Part shown: positions 17,024-27,395 of the stretch, piece by piece
Position numbering within the stretch: position 1 is the first letter of the stretch
How the letters are laid out: every line of letters starts with the position of its first letter
Assembly (NCBI GenBank): GCA_031082145.1
Contig: JAVHLP010000008.1
Span: forward strand, 8,818 to 72,817
Reading direction: 5' to 3'
DNA length: 64,000 nucleotides
Origin: a bacterium
GTDB lineage: Bacteria; Bacillota; Sulfobacillia; UBA995
Made by a program: the position numbers and the translations under genes
The notes under the pieces: model-generated
The model's input: only the letters and a program-made list of their open reading frames with translations
The model's database searches: none
Told to the model about the DNA's origin: nothing

Positions 17024-18532
17024 ATGAAGGCCAAACGTCCTCGCACCCTCCCGGCGGCGACGGCCCAAGCGGCCGCGCCGGACCCGCCCGTGCTCGTCCT
17101 CGACCTGGGTACCGCCAGCTTACGGGCAGTGCTGGTGGACTCCAGGGGGCGGGCGGGCCACCCCGTGTCACGGCCCTGGGCCGGCAGCCTCCCCGGATCA
17201 TCGCCCGGGCTCATCTGGCGCTACCTGTGCTCGGCCACCCGCGAGGTACTGGACCGGGCAGGTGTCGATCGAGTCGCGGCGATCACCGTCACCGGCCGTC
17301 CGGACGGCCACGTCCTGCTGGACGGGCGGGGCCGGGAGATCCCGCAGGTACCCGACCCGGGCTCACCCCGTGTTCCCCCGGAGGTGAGCGCCCGAGCTTA
17401 CCGGCTCACCGGGCACCGGTCCAGCGCCGCCAGGGAGCGGCTATGGTGGCTGGGACGGGAGCGTCCTGATGTCCTGAAGCGAGCCGCCTGTTTTCTAACT
17501 CTCCCCTCTTGGGTGGTGTTCCGGCTGGCCGGCGAGCCACTGGAAGAGCCCTCGCTGGCTTCGTCCTCGGGTCTCGTGGAGCTCTCCCGTCCCGCCTGGT
17601 CCACCGGCATGTTCGACGAACTGGGGCTCCCGCCCCGGATCGCCCCCCCGCTGGTGCGTGCGGGCCACCGCCTCGCCCTCAGGCCGGGTGCTGCCCGTCA
17701 CCTGGGGATCGCCGCAGGCACGCCGGTGGTGGTGGCCGGAGCCGGATCCCGGTGCGCGGCCGCGGGGTGCGGCGGGCCGCCGGAGAACGAGGCGGCTGCC
17801 ATCCTGGGAGCCACCGCCGTCGTTCAGGTGGCTCTGGATCACCCGGTCACCGCACCCCGCCGGCACCTCCCCGCCGGCCACCACCTGGAGCCGGGACGCT
17901 GGGCTCTGGATAGCCCGGCGGGTCCGGCCGGCCTGGTCTGGGAGTGGTTCAACGAGGCCTTCGGCCCTTCCAGCGGCGACCTGGCCTGGCGATCGGGGCT
18001 CTCGGACCACCAGTGGCTGGAACGCGAGGCCGGCCAGAGCCCCCCCGGTAAGGCCCTCGCTCACCTGGGGCCGACCGTCTGGGGCGAGAGGCGGTCGGAT
18101 CGCCTGGCTCTGGTCTTCCCCGATGGCCCGCCCCCGCCGGTGAGCCGCGGGGCCTTCGCCCGGGCCATCCTGGAGAGCATCGCCTGCGCCGTCCGGGGAA
18201 ACCTGGAGCAGTTGGAGGAGGCGACCGGCGAGGTGGTGAAAACCGTGCGGGTTGGCGGGGGGATGCTCCGCAGCCGGCTGCTCGTCAGCATCGTGGCAGG
18301 GATCACCGGCCGGTCCGTGATCCCCGCCCCCACCCCGGAGACAGCGGCCGTGGGGGCCGCCGCCTGCGCGGCGACGGGCCTGGGGTGGCACTGCTCGGTG
18401 GCTGCGGCCATCGGGGTTATGACCGCCCCGGGTCCACCGATCCCCCCCGACCACGAATCAGGTGCGTACGAAGACCTCTACCGGCGCTGGCGGGAGTTTG
18501 GTGGCCGGCGGCGGCGGGAGGGGAGGGGTTGA
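17024..18532 (+). CDS. FGGY-family carbohydrate kinase
   Basis: GGAGG precedes the ATG at 17024. The product has the N-terminal VLVLDLGTASLRAVLVD motif, C-terminal GGG motifs and is 502 aa. The listed 749-aa ORF is a composite with antisense sequence of the M14 gene. Confidence 0.8.
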   Translation: MKAKRPRTLPAATAQAAAPDPPVLVLDLGTASLRAVLVDSRGRAGHPVSRPWAGSLPGSSPGLIWRYLCSATREVLDRAGVDRVAAITVTGRPDGHVLLDGRGREIPQVPDPGSPRVPPEVSARAYRLTGHRSSAARERLWWLGRERPDVLKRAACFLTLPSWVVFRLAGEPLEEPSLASSSGLVELSRPAWSTGMFDELGLPPRIAPPLVRAGHRLALRPGAARHLGIAAGTPVVVAGAGSRCAAAGCGGPPENEAAAILGATAVVQVALDHPVTAPRRHLPAGHHLEPGRWALDSPAGPAGLVWEWFNEAFGPSSGDLAWRSGLSDHQWLEREAGQSPPGKALAHLGPTVWGERRSDRLALVFPDGPPPPVSRGAFARAILESIACAVRGNLEQLEEATGEVVKTVRVGGGMLRSRLLVSIVAGITGRSVIPAPTPETAAVGAAACAATGLGWHCSVAAAIGVMTAPGPPIPPDHESGAYEDLYRRWREFGGRRRREGRG

Positions 18533-19179
18533 GCTTGAAGCTTGAGCCGGCTACGGCCAGGAAGGCGCTGCTGGAGACTGCGGCTGAGCTCTACCAGGCC
18601 CGGCTACTGACGCCCACCGGCGGCAACATCAGCCTGCGGGCGGAACCCGACGTGATCTGGATAACGCCCCGGGGTCTCTTCAAGGGCGGCCTGCGGGAGG
18701 AGGACCTCATCCTGGTAGATGGTGACGGGCGGGTCCGGCAGGGCCGCCATCCGCCCTCGCGGGAGACCCCCTTGCACATGTCCATCTATGCCGCCCGGCC
18801 GGACGTGGGCGCCATCATCCACTCCCACCCGCCCCTGGCCATCACCTTCGGCCTTTTTGACCTGCCGGTGAAGCCGGTAACAGCCGGCGCGGTTCTGTTC
18901 CGGAACCTGCCCGTCGTGGAGTTCCTGCTCCCCGGCACGCCGGCACTGGCCCGCCGGGCAACGGAGGCCCTGGGGGACGAACCGGCCGCCCTGTTGCGTA
19001 ACCACGGTGCCGTGGTGGTCGGGGCGGATCTCAGGCAGGCTGCCGACCGCACCCACGCCCTGGAGGAAACTTGCCTCACCTTATTGCTGGCCCGTCTGAT
19101 AGCTGCGGAACCGGCGGTCATCCCTGCCGCCCTGGTAGGGAAGCTACTCTCGCCGGGCTACCCCTCCATCGGAGGATAA
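18529..19179 (+). CDS. class II aldolase/adducin-family protein (FucA/AraD-like)
   Basis: A TTG start overlaps the kinase stop after a GGGAGGGGAGGG RBS. Motifs are TPTGGNISLR and HSHPP (zinc His). Confidence 0.75.
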   Translation: MSLKLEPATARKALLETAAELYQARLLTPTGGNISLRAEPDVIWITPRGLFKGGLREEDLILVDGDGRVRQGRHPPSRETPLHMSIYAARPDVGAIIHSHPPLAITFGLFDLPVKPVTAGAVLFRNLPVVEFLLPGTPALARRATEALGDEPAALLRNHGAVVVGADLRQAADRTHALEETCLTLLLARLIAAEPAVIPAALVGKLLSPGYPSIGG

Positions 19180-19241
19180 CGGGTGGAGCCGGGCGAAACA
19201 GGCGTCTCGGCAGGGCGAGCATCGGAGCGGGGGTTGGGGCA

Positions 19242-21101
19242 TTGAGTGATGCGAGCAAGGTACTGCTCTCGGGCAACGAGGCCGTGGCCCTCGGGGCCTT
19301 CGAGGCGGGAGTCCGGGTGGCGGCGGCCTACCCGGGCACGCCCAGTACGGAGATACTGGAGAATCTGGCCGCTTACCCCGGTGTTGATTGCGAGTGGTCC
19401 AGCAACGAGAAAGTGGCCCTGGACGTGGCCATCGGGGCCGCCTACGCCGGGCGGCGGGCCCTGGCCGTCATGAAGCATGTGGGGCTCAACGTGGCTGCCG
19501 ATTCCCTGTTCTACGCGGCCTACACCGGCCTGGGGGGAGGCGGGCTGGTGGTGGCGGTGGCCGACGACCCGGGTATGCATAGCTCTCAGAACGAGCAGGA
19601 CACCCGCCAGTACGCCCGGTTCGCCCGGGTACCGCTTCTGGAGCCCGCCGATAGCGCCGAGGCCCGCGGCTACGTGGAGGAAGCCTTCCGCCTCGGCGAG
19701 CGGTTTGACACCCCGGTACTCCTGCGTCTCACCACTCGCATCGCCCACTCCCGGGGACCGGTGCGGGTAGAAGACCCATCACCGCTGGGCGGGCGAGGGC
19801 GTCCCGCCGTGCGCGACCCCCGGCCGGTGCCCGATCCCCACCACCGTTCGGCCCGGGAGGCCCTGGCAGCACTGGCGAACGATCCCGGCAAGTACGTGAT
19901 GATACCCGGCAACGCCCGCGGCCGCCACCCGGTAGTGGAGAACAGGTTGGCCCGGATAGCCGAGTGGGCGGAGACGTGTTCCCTGAATCGGGTGGAATCC
20001 GGCGGCGGGTCCCTGGGCGTGGTCTCGGCGGGAGTGGCCTACCAGTACGCCCGGGAAGTCCTGGACGACGCGTCCTTCCTGAAGCTGGGCGTTGTGTGGC
20101 CCCTGGCCACGGGTCTGCTGCGGGCATTTGCCGCCGGTGTGGACCGGTTGCTGGTAGTCGAAGAACTCGACCCCTTCCTGGAAGAAGCCCTGTCCCTGAT
20201 GGGATTGAAGGTGGAGGGGAAACGCTATTTCCCGCTCGCCGGCGAGCTCGACCCGGCGACCGTGCGCCGCGGCGCCGCTCAGGCAGGTCTGCTGACTTCC
20301 GAGGGAGAGCCAGAAGCGGTCCCCGGCTTACCTCCCCGTCCCCCCGTGCTGTGCCCCGGCTGCGGCCACCGCCCGGTCTTCTATGCCCTGCGCCGCCTGG
20401 GAGCGGTGGTCTTCGGCGACATCGGCTGCTACACCCTGGGCGCCCTGCCCCCCCTGTCGGCGTTGCATACCTGCGGGTGCATGGGGGCCGGCCTGGGTAA
20501 CCTTCAGGGGGCGCTGAAAGCGCTGGCCGGGGAGGAAGAGGGGGAGATGGAGGGTACCCGCGGCCGGCCGGTGGCCGTGATCGGCGACTCCACGTTCTTC
20601 CACGCCGGACTCCCCGCCCTGGCCAACCTGGCTTACAATCAGGGCGGGGGGCTGGTGGTGATCCTGGACAACCGGACGACGGCCATGACCGGCCACCAGG
20701 ATCACCCGGGGACCGGTCGGACCCTGGCCGGAGAGCCGGGGCCGGCCCTGGATGCCGCCAGTGTAGCCCGCAGCCTGGGAGTAGAACAGGTGACCACGCT
20801 GGACCCCTATGACCTGGAGGGCTTCGTCGCCGTGGCCCGGGGGTACATGACCTCCGGCCGGCCGGCGGTCATCGTGGCTCGCCACCGCTGTGTCCTCCAG
20901 GCCCGGGAGCGCCGGCCGGCGGTCACCGCGGTCGCCGAAGCCTGCAACGGTTGCGGCGTCTGCCTGCGATTGGGCTGCCCCCCACTGGTCCGGGAGGGCA
21001 GTGTGGTGCGGGTTGAGGCGGCGCTATGCACCGGCTGTGGCGTCTGCGCAGCCGTGTGCCCCCGGAGCGCCCTGCTGGCGGAAGGAGCGATCCCCTCGTG
21101 A
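19242..21101 (+). CDS. iorA: indolepyruvate:ferredoxin oxidoreductase alpha subunit
   Basis: GNEAVALGAFEAGVRVAAAYPGTPSTEIL..HSSQNEQDTRQYARFARVPLLEP is followed by two C-terminal 4Fe-4S motifs, CNGCGVCLRLGCP and CTGCGVCAAVCP. I estimate the start at TTG 19242. Confidence 0.8.
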   Translation: MSDASKVLLSGNEAVALGAFEAGVRVAAAYPGTPSTEILENLAAYPGVDCEWSSNEKVALDVAIGAAYAGRRALAVMKHVGLNVAADSLFYAAYTGLGGGGLVVAVADDPGMHSSQNEQDTRQYARFARVPLLEPADSAEARGYVEEAFRLGERFDTPVLLRLTTRIAHSRGPVRVEDPSPLGGRGRPAVRDPRPVPDPHHRSAREALAALANDPGKYVMIPGNARGRHPVVENRLARIAEWAETCSLNRVESGGGSLGVVSAGVAYQYAREVLDDASFLKLGVVWPLATGLLRAFAAGVDRLLVVEELDPFLEEALSLMGLKVEGKRYFPLAGELDPATVRRGAAQAGLLTSEGEPEAVPGLPPRPPVLCPGCGHRPVFYALRRLGAVVFGDIGCYTLGALPPLSALHTCGCMGAGLGNLQGALKALAGEEEGEMEGTRGRPVAVIGDSTFFHAGLPALANLAYNQGGGLVVILDNRTTAMTGHQDHPGTGRTLAGEPGPALDAASVARSLGVEQVTTLDPYDLEGFVAVARGYMTSGRPAVIVARHRCVLQARERRPAVTAVAEACNGCGVCLRLGCPPLVREGSVVRVEAALCTGCGVCAAVCPRSALLAEGAIPS

Positions 21102-21697
21102 TGGAAGCCGACTTCATCCTGGCGGGAGTGGGAGGCCAGGGGATCATCCTGGCCGGCGACATCCTGGCCGGAGTGGGCCTGCAAGCCGGGTCCGACGTCA
21201 AGAAGTCCGAGGTCCACGGTATGGCCCAGCGTGGCGGTGTGGTCACCAGCCACGTCCGCTGGGGGCGGCGAGTCCGCTCGCCGCTAGCCGAGCCAGGCAG
21301 AGTGGGTTTCCTGGTCGGCTTCGAGGCCCTGGAAGCGGCCCGTGCCGCCTCCTACCTGCGACCGGGAGGGCTGGCAGTCGTAAACCGCTACCGGCTGCCG
21401 CCACCGGCCGTAACCGCCGGGGAGGCCGTCTATCCCGCCGACGACCAGGTGGCCGCTGCCATTCAGTCCCGCGGGGCCGCCCTGGAGTGGGTGCCGGCCC
21501 AGGAGGAGGCGCTGCGGCTGGGAAATCCCGCCGTGGCCGGCGTCTACCTGTTGGGGTGGCTCTCGGGGGCCGGTGTCCTGGGCCAGGCGGTGGCCGAAGA
21601 GACCTGGGTCGATGTGCTGGAAGGGCTGGTGCCTCCAGCCCACCGTGACCTCAACCGCCTGGCCTTCCGCCAGGCACGGGCGGCGCGAACGGCCTGA
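21101..21697 (+). CDS. iorB: indolepyruvate oxidoreductase beta subunit
   Basis: The ATG overlaps the iorA stop by 1 nt. The N-terminus MEADFILAGVGGQGIILAGDILA is typical of 2-oxoacid:Fd oxidoreductase gamma-type subunits. Confidence 0.8.
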   Translation: MEADFILAGVGGQGIILAGDILAGVGLQAGSDVKKSEVHGMAQRGGVVTSHVRWGRRVRSPLAEPGRVGFLVGFEALEAARAASYLRPGGLAVVNRYRLPPPAVTAGEAVYPADDQVAAAIQSRGAALEWVPAQEEALRLGNPAVAGVYLLGWLSGAGVLGQAVAEETWVDVLEGLVPPAHRDLNRLAFRQARAARTA

Positions 21698-22358
21698 ACC
21701 CCCGCGCAGCGGGGGGGCTGAGCAGGCGGCCACCGAGCCGGGTGCGGGCAACCGGGCCGAGGAGAGCCAGCCAGAACTGCAGCGCCGGCCCCCCCAGCAG
21801 GGCGCTGATCACCGTGCCGGCCCCCACCGGGCCACCCAGGAGGTAGCCGGTCCCCAGCGCGGCGAGCTCGAGGCCTGTCCTCACTCCCCCCACCGGCCGG
21901 CCGGTGATGCGGGTTAACCCCAGCATCAACGAATCGCGGGGGCCGGCCCCGAAGCCGGCCGACAGGTAGCCGGCCACGCCTAGACCCATGACCACGCTAC
22001 CCAGGAACAGGTAGAGCCAACTCCGGGCCGGTCCCGATGCAGGCGGGAGCAACCCGGCGGCCATCACCAGGTCCAGGAAGTAGCCCACCAGGATCATGTT
22101 AAGCCAGGTGCCGATCCGGGGGCGGACCCCCAGGGCCAGAGCCAGCAGGATCACGGCCAGGCCCACCAACTGGGTAGCCCGGCCCACGGTGAGCGGGAGG
22201 TGGTTGGTCAGCCCGATGTGCAGGGTTACCCAGGGAGCCACGCCCAGCCGGGCTTCGATGATCAAAGCATAGCCATAAGCCAACACGAAGAAGAAGCCAA
22301 TCAGAATGAGGCCCCTGACCAGGATGGTCGCCAGGTCGGACCCGCGGCTCGAACGCAC
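21651..22358 (-). CDS. integral membrane protein (YczE/YitT-like)
   Basis: The product has about 6 TM segments and a GFGAGPRD motif. Upstream of 22358 the listed ORF is low-complexity and not protein-like. The GTG start is an estimate. Confidence 0.4.
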   Translation of the reverse strand: MRSSRGSDLATILVRGLILIGFFFVLAYGYALIIEARLGVAPWVTLHIGLTNHLPLTVGRATQLVGLAVILLALALGVRPRIGTWLNMILVGYFLDLVMAAGLLPPASGPARSWLYLFLGSVVMGLGVAGYLSAGFGAGPRDSLMLGLTRITGRPVGGVRTGLELAALGTGYLLGGPVGAGTVISALLGGPALQFWLALLGPVARTRLGGRLLSPPAARGFRPFAPPVPGGRPGG

Positions 22359-22429
22359 GCTTGCACCTTCTTCCCTGGCAGACGACTTCGTGCCCGCGCC
22401 GCCTTCTCCTCCCCCGGCCCGGCGGCGTC

Positions 22430-22438
22430 TGCTATAAT
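22430..22438 (+). promoter_or_regulatory. extended -10 promoter element (TGCTATAAT) upstream of kbl
   Basis: An exact TGnTATAAT lies about 55 nt upstream of the kbl start. No clear -35 is visible. Confidence 0.3.
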
Positions 22439-22491
22439 GGAAGCAGCTATGAGCCGACCATGGGAGGTGAGGGGCGATCGCTCTTGAGTTC

Positions 22492-23658
22492 TTGCGGGAC
22501 GAACTCGACCGGCTAGGCGACGAGGGGCTCTTGACCACCATTCGTACCATCTCCAGCCCCCAGGGAGCCCACTTCGTGGTAGACGGCCGGCAGGTGCTCA
22601 ACCTCTGTTCCAACAACTACCTGGGTCTTGCCAACCACCCGGCCCTGATCCGGGCGGCCAAGGACGCCGTTGACCGGTTGGGGGTGGGTCCGGGGGCCGT
22701 ACGCAGCATCGCCGGCACCATGTCGCTGCACGTGGAACTGGAAGAACGCCTGGCCGCCTTCAAAGGGGCCGAGGCCACGGTCAGCCTGCAGTCCGGGTTC
22801 ACCGCCAACCTTGCGGTGATACCGGTCTTGGCGGGCGAGGGCGACCTCATCTTCAGCGACGAGCTGAACCACGCCAGCATAATCGACGGCTGCCGGCTGA
22901 GCCGGGCGCGGGTTTTCCGCTACCCGCACTGCGACCCGGCGGGCCTGGACTCTGCCCTGGTCCGGGAATCAGCCCAGGCCCCGGCGGCCCGCCGGCTGGT
23001 GATAACCGACGGCGTCTTCAGCATGGACGGCGATCTGGCCCCGCTCCCCGACATCGTGGCGGTGGCCCGGCGGCACGGCGCAGCCGTGATGGTCGATGAC
23101 GCCCACGGCGAGGGTGTCTTGGGCGACCACGGGCGGGGTATTGTCCACCACTTCGGGCTCACCGGCCAGGTCGAGGTCGAGGTTGGCACCTTGTCCAAGG
23201 CCTTTGGCGTGATGGGTGGGTTCATCGCCGGCCCCCGGGCCTTGATCGACTTCATCCGCCAGCGGGGCCGGCCCTTCATCTTCTCCAGCGCCCTCACGCC
23301 CGCCGATACGGCAGCCGCCATCGCCGCCGTAGACCTCCTGGACGGAGATGACAGCCTGGTCCGGCAACTGTGGGAGAACACGGACTACTTCAAGGCCGGA
23401 CTCCGGCGGCTGGGTTTTGACACCGGCAGGAGCCAGACCCCGATCACCCCGGTGATGATCGGCGAGGCCGGCAAGGCACAAGGATTCTCCCGGTCGCTCT
23501 TCGCGCGGGGCGTCTTCGCCCAGGCCATCGGCTTCCCCACCGTGCCCCGGGGGATGGCCAGGATCCGGGCCATGATCTCCGCCGTCCACTCCCGCCAGGA
23601 TCTCGACTCGGCCCTGGAGGCGTTCCAGGAGGTGGGGCGGGAACTGGCCGTGATCTAG
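22492..23658 (+). CDS. kbl: 2-amino-3-ketobutyrate CoA ligase (glycine C-acetyltransferase)
   Basis: The product is a class-II aminotransferase with the Kbl signature [24 protein letters not shown], and [15 protein letters not shown]. The start is TTG after GGGAGGTGAGGGG. Confidence 0.8.
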   Translation: MRDELDRLGDEGLLTTIRTISSPQGAHFVVDGRQVLNLCSNNYLGLANHPALIRAAKDAVDRLGVGPGAVRSIAGTMSLHVELEERLAAFKGAEATVSLQSGFTANLAVIPVLAGEGDLIFSDELNHASIIDGCRLSRARVFRYPHCDPAGLDSALVRESAQAPAARRLVITDGVFSMDGDLAPLPDIVAVARRHGAAVMVDDAHGEGVLGDHGRGIVHHFGLTGQVEVEVGTLSKAFGVMGGFIAGPRALIDFIRQRGRPFIFSSALTPADTAAAIAAVDLLDGDDSLVRQLWENTDYFKAGLRRLGFDTGRSQTPITPVMIGEAGKAQGFSRSLFARGVFAQAIGFPTVPRGMARIRAMISAVHSRQDLDSALEAFQEVGRELAVI

Positions 23659-23727
23659 TCCCGGCAGGCAAGCGACACCGGGCGTCGAATTGAGCCTCCA
23701 AACTCGTCCCCGGGGAGGTCGGATCGC

Positions 23728-24609
23728 TTGGAGTTCATCCTCTGGCTCCAGTCTTTCAGCACACCCCTGCTCGACCGCATTTTTGCCACCATCACGGCCT
23801 TCGGTGATGAAGAGTTCTTCATGGTGGCGGGAGCCCTGGTCCTGTGGCTGGTCGACAAGCGGACCGGATTCTGGGCAGTCTTCATGGTCATCGTATCCGC
23901 CTGGCTGAACGGTTGGCTCAAGGACGTCTTCGGCGTGCCCCGTCCCGATCCGGCCATCGTACGGATCATCCGTCCTGAGCCGGGTCTGTCCTTCCCCAGC
24001 GGTCACGCCCAGAACACGACCGTCTTCTGGGGCTGCCTGGCGCTGGGATTCCGCCGCCCCCGGTTCGCCGGACTGGCGGCGGGGGTGGTCCTCCTCGTGG
24101 CTCTGTCCCGGCCTTACCTGGGGGTTCACTACCCCGTCGACGTGGTGGGGGGCATCTTCGTGGGTCTCCTGCTGCTGGCCGCCTTTCTCACCGTCGGCCG
24201 CCGGGCGGACCTTCAGGGACTTCCCGGCAAGCTCGGCTTCGCCGGTCAACTGGCCTGCGCCGTCGTTCTTCCCTTGGTTCTCCTGCTGATCTTCGTGGGA
24301 CCGGACGGGATCAAGCTGACCGGGTTCCTGGTGGGCGCGGCGGTCGGCCGGGTGCTCGAACTGCACCTGGTGCGCCAGAGCGTCCGGGGGACCATCCCCC
24401 AGCAAGTAGCGCGGGCGATACTCGGCCTGGTGGTCCTCTTTGCCTTGCGTACGGCCTTGAAGGCGATCTTCCCCGACCTTGCCTTCTTCCACTTCCTGCG
24501 TTACTCCGCCATGGCCCTCTGGGGCGTCTTTTTGGCGCCCTGGTGCTTCGTGGCTTTGCGGCTGGCCGGGAGGGAGGACCGGCGTGTCCCTCCGGCCATC
24601 ACGGCCTGA
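23728..24609 (+). CDS. PAP2-family phosphatase (undecaprenyl-PP / PA phosphatase type 2), membrane
   Basis: The PAP2 motifs SFPSGHA and SRPYLGVHYPVDV are present across multiple TM helices. Confidence 0.8.
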   Translation: MEFILWLQSFSTPLLDRIFATITAFGDEEFFMVAGALVLWLVDKRTGFWAVFMVIVSAWLNGWLKDVFGVPRPDPAIVRIIRPEPGLSFPSGHAQNTTVFWGCLALGFRRPRFAGLAAGVVLLVALSRPYLGVHYPVDVVGGIFVGLLLLAAFLTVGRRADLQGLPGKLGFAGQLACAVVLPLVLLLIFVGPDGIKLTGFLVGAAVGRVLELHLVRQSVRGTIPQQVARAILGLVVLFALRTALKAIFPDLAFFHFLRYSAMALWGVFLAPWCFVALRLAGREDRRVPPAITA

Positions 24610-24649
24610 CGGCGGCGGGAGAACCGGCTCTTCCCGCCGGCTCTCCCGC

Positions 24650-24997
24650 TCATGGCCACAGGCGATGCAGCAGGACCCAACTCCCCCCCGGGCTGCCGCT
24701 GCTGGGACGCCGGTCGTAGTAAATGAGGAAGATCTCGCCCGCGGCCCGAACCAGGTAGTAGCAGCGGCCCATGCCGTAAGAACCTCGTCGCGACGCCGTC
24801 CGCTGGTACTCCTCGCCGTAGGACTGCTGCCGGCGGGACTGGCGGTCGAAGTCCCACCACTGCTGGAACACGGCCTCAACCCGGTAGACCCGCCGGCGCC
24901 AGTGGAACTCCTCCGGCGCCGGGGGACTGCGAGCAGGGTGGGCCTCGGGCGGCAGGACCACCTCGATCGGCTCGCCTATGAACTCCCTCCGTTTCAT
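24650..24997 (-). CDS. hypothetical small protein
   Basis: The composition is protein-like (WWDFDRQ..YYLVRAAGEIFLIYYD), the GC bias is moderate and the product is 115 aa. I recognise no family. Confidence 0.35.
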   Translation of the reverse strand: MKRREFIGEPIEVVLPPEAHPARSPPAPEEFHWRRRVYRVEAVFQQWWDFDRQSRRQQSYGEEYQRTASRRGSYGMGRCYYLVRAAGEIFLIYYDRRPSSGSPGGSWVLLHRLWP

Positions 24998-25044
24998 GTC
25001 CGTCGCCTCCGAGCGATGGGTCCGGTGGGGGAGGGGGCCACGAG

Positions 25045-25602
25045 ATGAACTGGGGTGAACTCCTCCCCGGAAGCCAGCTTCCCTTCATCATAGCCAAGCC
25101 GGGGCCGTCCTTCCGTTTCCTGCACGATGTCTACGGTGTCTACCCGTCCCCCACCGGGCCTGCCCTGGTCACTGGGGACATCGTGCAAGGCCTGGCCCAC
25201 CCGGTCCGCATAGACGGCCGGGTCGTCCTCGACCAGGGGCACTACGTTCTTCGCCACGACTTCCTTGACCAGTGGTACAACCTGTGCCTGTTCTTCGCCC
25301 CTCGGGGGCGCCTCGCCGGCTACTACTGCGACCTGCAGACCCCGCTCCGCCTGGAGGGCGGCGCCGCCCATTGCACCGATCTGCTCCTGGATCTCTGGGT
25401 GTTTCCCGGGGAAGTCCAGGCCCGAGTCCTTGACCGCGACGAGTACGGGGAGGCGGTACGCGGGGGCTGGATCCCGGCAGACCGGCGCCGCATGGCGGCT
25501 TGCGCCCTCCGCCATCTCCTGGCCGCCGTGCGGGGGCGCCGCTTCCCCACGGCCCTCACGGGGACCCGGGTGCCCGGGTCCTTCCTGCGGCCCCGGCCCT
25601 AG
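25045..25602 (+). CDS. DUF402-like protein (YgaC / nucleoside di- or triphosphatase-like)
   Basis: YYCDLQTP...DLLLDLWVFPGEVQARVLDRDEY matches the DUF402 pattern. The call is from memory. Confidence 0.4.
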   Translation: MNWGELLPGSQLPFIIAKPGPSFRFLHDVYGVYPSPTGPALVTGDIVQGLAHPVRIDGRVVLDQGHYVLRHDFLDQWYNLCLFFAPRGRLAGYYCDLQTPLRLEGGAAHCTDLLLDLWVFPGEVQARVLDRDEYGEAVRGGWIPADRRRMAACALRHLLAAVRGRRFPTALTGTRVPGSFLRPRP

Positions 25603-26306
25603 AGCGACAGCGACCCGCCCGGGCGGAGGACGACAACCTCCACCCCCGGAGCCTTCTCCCGGGCCAGCCGGACGAACCCGTCCGCCGCCGGCACCAGCGT
25701 GGGAAAAGTCCCATAGTGCATGGGGATGACCTTGGCCGGCCGGAGGAGAGTCAGGGCCACCGCCGCCTGCAGGGGGTCCATGGTGAAGACGCTACCGATC
25801 GGAAGCAGCGCCAGGTCCAAGTGGTAGATCTCACCCACCAGGGTCATGCTCTCGAACAGCCCAGTATCGCCGGCGTGGTAGATCGTCTTGCCGTCCTCCA
25901 GGGTGAGCACAAAACCACAGGGCGATCCGGCCGCCGCCGAGTGGGCGGCTTGGGTCATGGTCACCTTGAGGTCACCGATGGCCACCGTGCCCCCGATGTT
26001 CATGTTGACGATGTTGCGGTCCTCCACCCCGGACCGCTTTAACACGGTGGCAACCTCGGGCTGAACGGCGACGATGGTGCCCTCCCCCTTGACCAGGGTC
26101 GGAATGTCGGTTCCGAGGTGGTCACCGTGGTCGTGGGTGACCAGGATGGCATCAGGCCCCTTGAGTTCGGCTGCCACCACGGGGCAACTGGGGTTGCCGG
26201 TGAGCCAGGGGTCGATGAGGACCGTCTTGCCGGCCGCGGTGCTGATCGCAAAGGACGCGTGACCCAGCCAGCGCACTTGGTGCGGCAAGTACTTCACTCC
26301 CTCCAT
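25599..26306 (-). CDS. UPF0173-family metallo-beta-lactamase-fold hydrolase
   Basis: VRWLGHASFAISTAAGKTVLIDPWLTGNP...ILVTHDHGDHLG...HAGDTG. Length is 235 aa. Confidence 0.8.
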   Translation of the reverse strand: MEGVKYLPHQVRWLGHASFAISTAAGKTVLIDPWLTGNPSCPVVAAELKGPDAILVTHDHGDHLGTDIPTLVKGEGTIVAVQPEVATVLKRSGVEDRNIVNMNIGGTVAIGDLKVTMTQAAHSAAAGSPCGFVLTLEDGKTIYHAGDTGLFESMTLVGEIYHLDLALLPIGSVFTMDPLQAAVALTLLRPAKVIPMHYGTFPTLVPAADGFVRLAREKAPGVEVVVLRPGGSLSL

Positions 26307-26408
26307 CGGCGTCTCCTCGCTTCCTGATTACTCCACCCGGGCCCGGTTCGCCTGCCGGCGGCGGGGAAGGGGAGTCAGCGCCTCCTGCCGGATCCGGCCG
26401 GGGACGGC

Positions 26409-27395
26409 CTAGCCCGGCGAGACGCGACGCGCGGACGCCGTCCCGCCGGGAACGGCCCCTGCCCCTCCTCCCCTCCCCTGCCCCAGCGCCCGCAGGGCGT
26501 AGAAGGTGGCCCACTTGCTTGGCCGGCCTCGCCGGCCCGGGTTGACCGGCGGGCGCCGGGGGACGCGGTCCAGAATCCAGCGGCCGTCGGCCCGCCGACG
26601 CCCGGCCAGACGATCGATGGCCTGCCGCAGGCGGTGGTCGCCGGCCGGCTCCCCTGCCGCCAGCAGGGCCTCTACCGCCATGCCGGCGTCGTAGGCGTAA
26701 CGGGGGTAGGTGAAGACGTCCCACAGGGTCTCCATGTGGTAGCCCGCGGCCGGCAGGCCGAGCCGGCCGAGGACGAAGCCGGCCGCCCGCCGGTGGGCGG
26801 AACCGCCGCGAAAGGCCGGGATCTCCCCCAGGGCGGCCAGGCTCCAGATGGCGCAACCCAGGCACCCCCTGGCGCTCCGGTAGCCGGGCGGTCCGGCAAC
26901 CCCCTCGCAGGACCAGGCGCCATCCGGCCGCTGCAAGCTCTCCAGCCAGCCGGCCGAGCCGAGGACCCGGGAGTCCCCGGCGTAGCCCAGCCGGGCCAGG
27001 GCCCAGGCGGAACGCGCGGTGACACAGGGCACCGGCCAGCGTCCGGGGCGGCGGCGGCCGGCGGGGCGCCGCATCTGGTAGAACTCCCCCTCCGGTCCCT
27101 GGAAGGCCAACGCGAACTCCGCCGCCCGCTCCACCCAAGACTGGGTCCGGTCCAGCCCCCAGTCGGCCAGCAGCAGCAACACGAAGAAGGTGGCTCTATG
27201 TTTGGGTACGTAATATCCTGGCCCGTGCCAGGATCCGTCCGCCGCCTGGCTGTGCCGCAGTCTGGTCACGGCCAGCGAACGGAGCAGGTCGTCCCGTGCC
27301 CCAGCGGCATTTGGATCGCCCAGCAGGTCGGCCAGGGTGCGGTAGCGCACGGCGGGGTCGGCCGGCTCGGCCAGCCAGGCCAGAACCTCGTTCAT
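26409..27395 (-). CDS. prenyltransferase / squalene-oxidase-repeat (alpha/alpha-toroid) family protein
   Basis: Repeated DG[SAR]W segments are present (AADGSWHGPGYY, RPDGAWSCEG, RADGRWILD). The ATG at 27395 overlaps the stop of the upstream HAD-like ORF in an ATGA arrangement. The listed 473-aa ORF is a composite. Confidence 0.5.
   Translation of the reverse strand: MNEVLAWLAEPADPAVRYRTLADLLGDPNAAGARDDLLRSLAVTRLRHSQAADGSWHGPGYYVPKHRATFFVLLLLADWGLDRTQSWVERAAEFALAFQGPEGEFYQMRRPAGRRRPGRWPVPCVTARSAWALARLGYAGDSRVLGSAGWLESLQRPDGAWSCEGVAGPPGYRSARGCLGCAIWSLAALGEIPAFRGGSAHRRAAGFVLGRLGLPAAGYHMETLWDVFTYPRYAYDAGMAVEALLAAGEPAGDHRLRQAIDRLAGRRRADGRWILDRVPRRPPVNPGRRGRPSKWATFYALRALGQGRGGGAGAVPGGTASARRVSPG

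Noticed and set aside
22969-24879. 636-aa minus-strand ORF
   Set aside because: It runs antisense to kbl and the PAP2 phosphatase, both of which have strong family motifs. The product is Arg/Gly/Pro-rich and low-complexity, typical of a spurious antisense ORF in a 70% GC genome.
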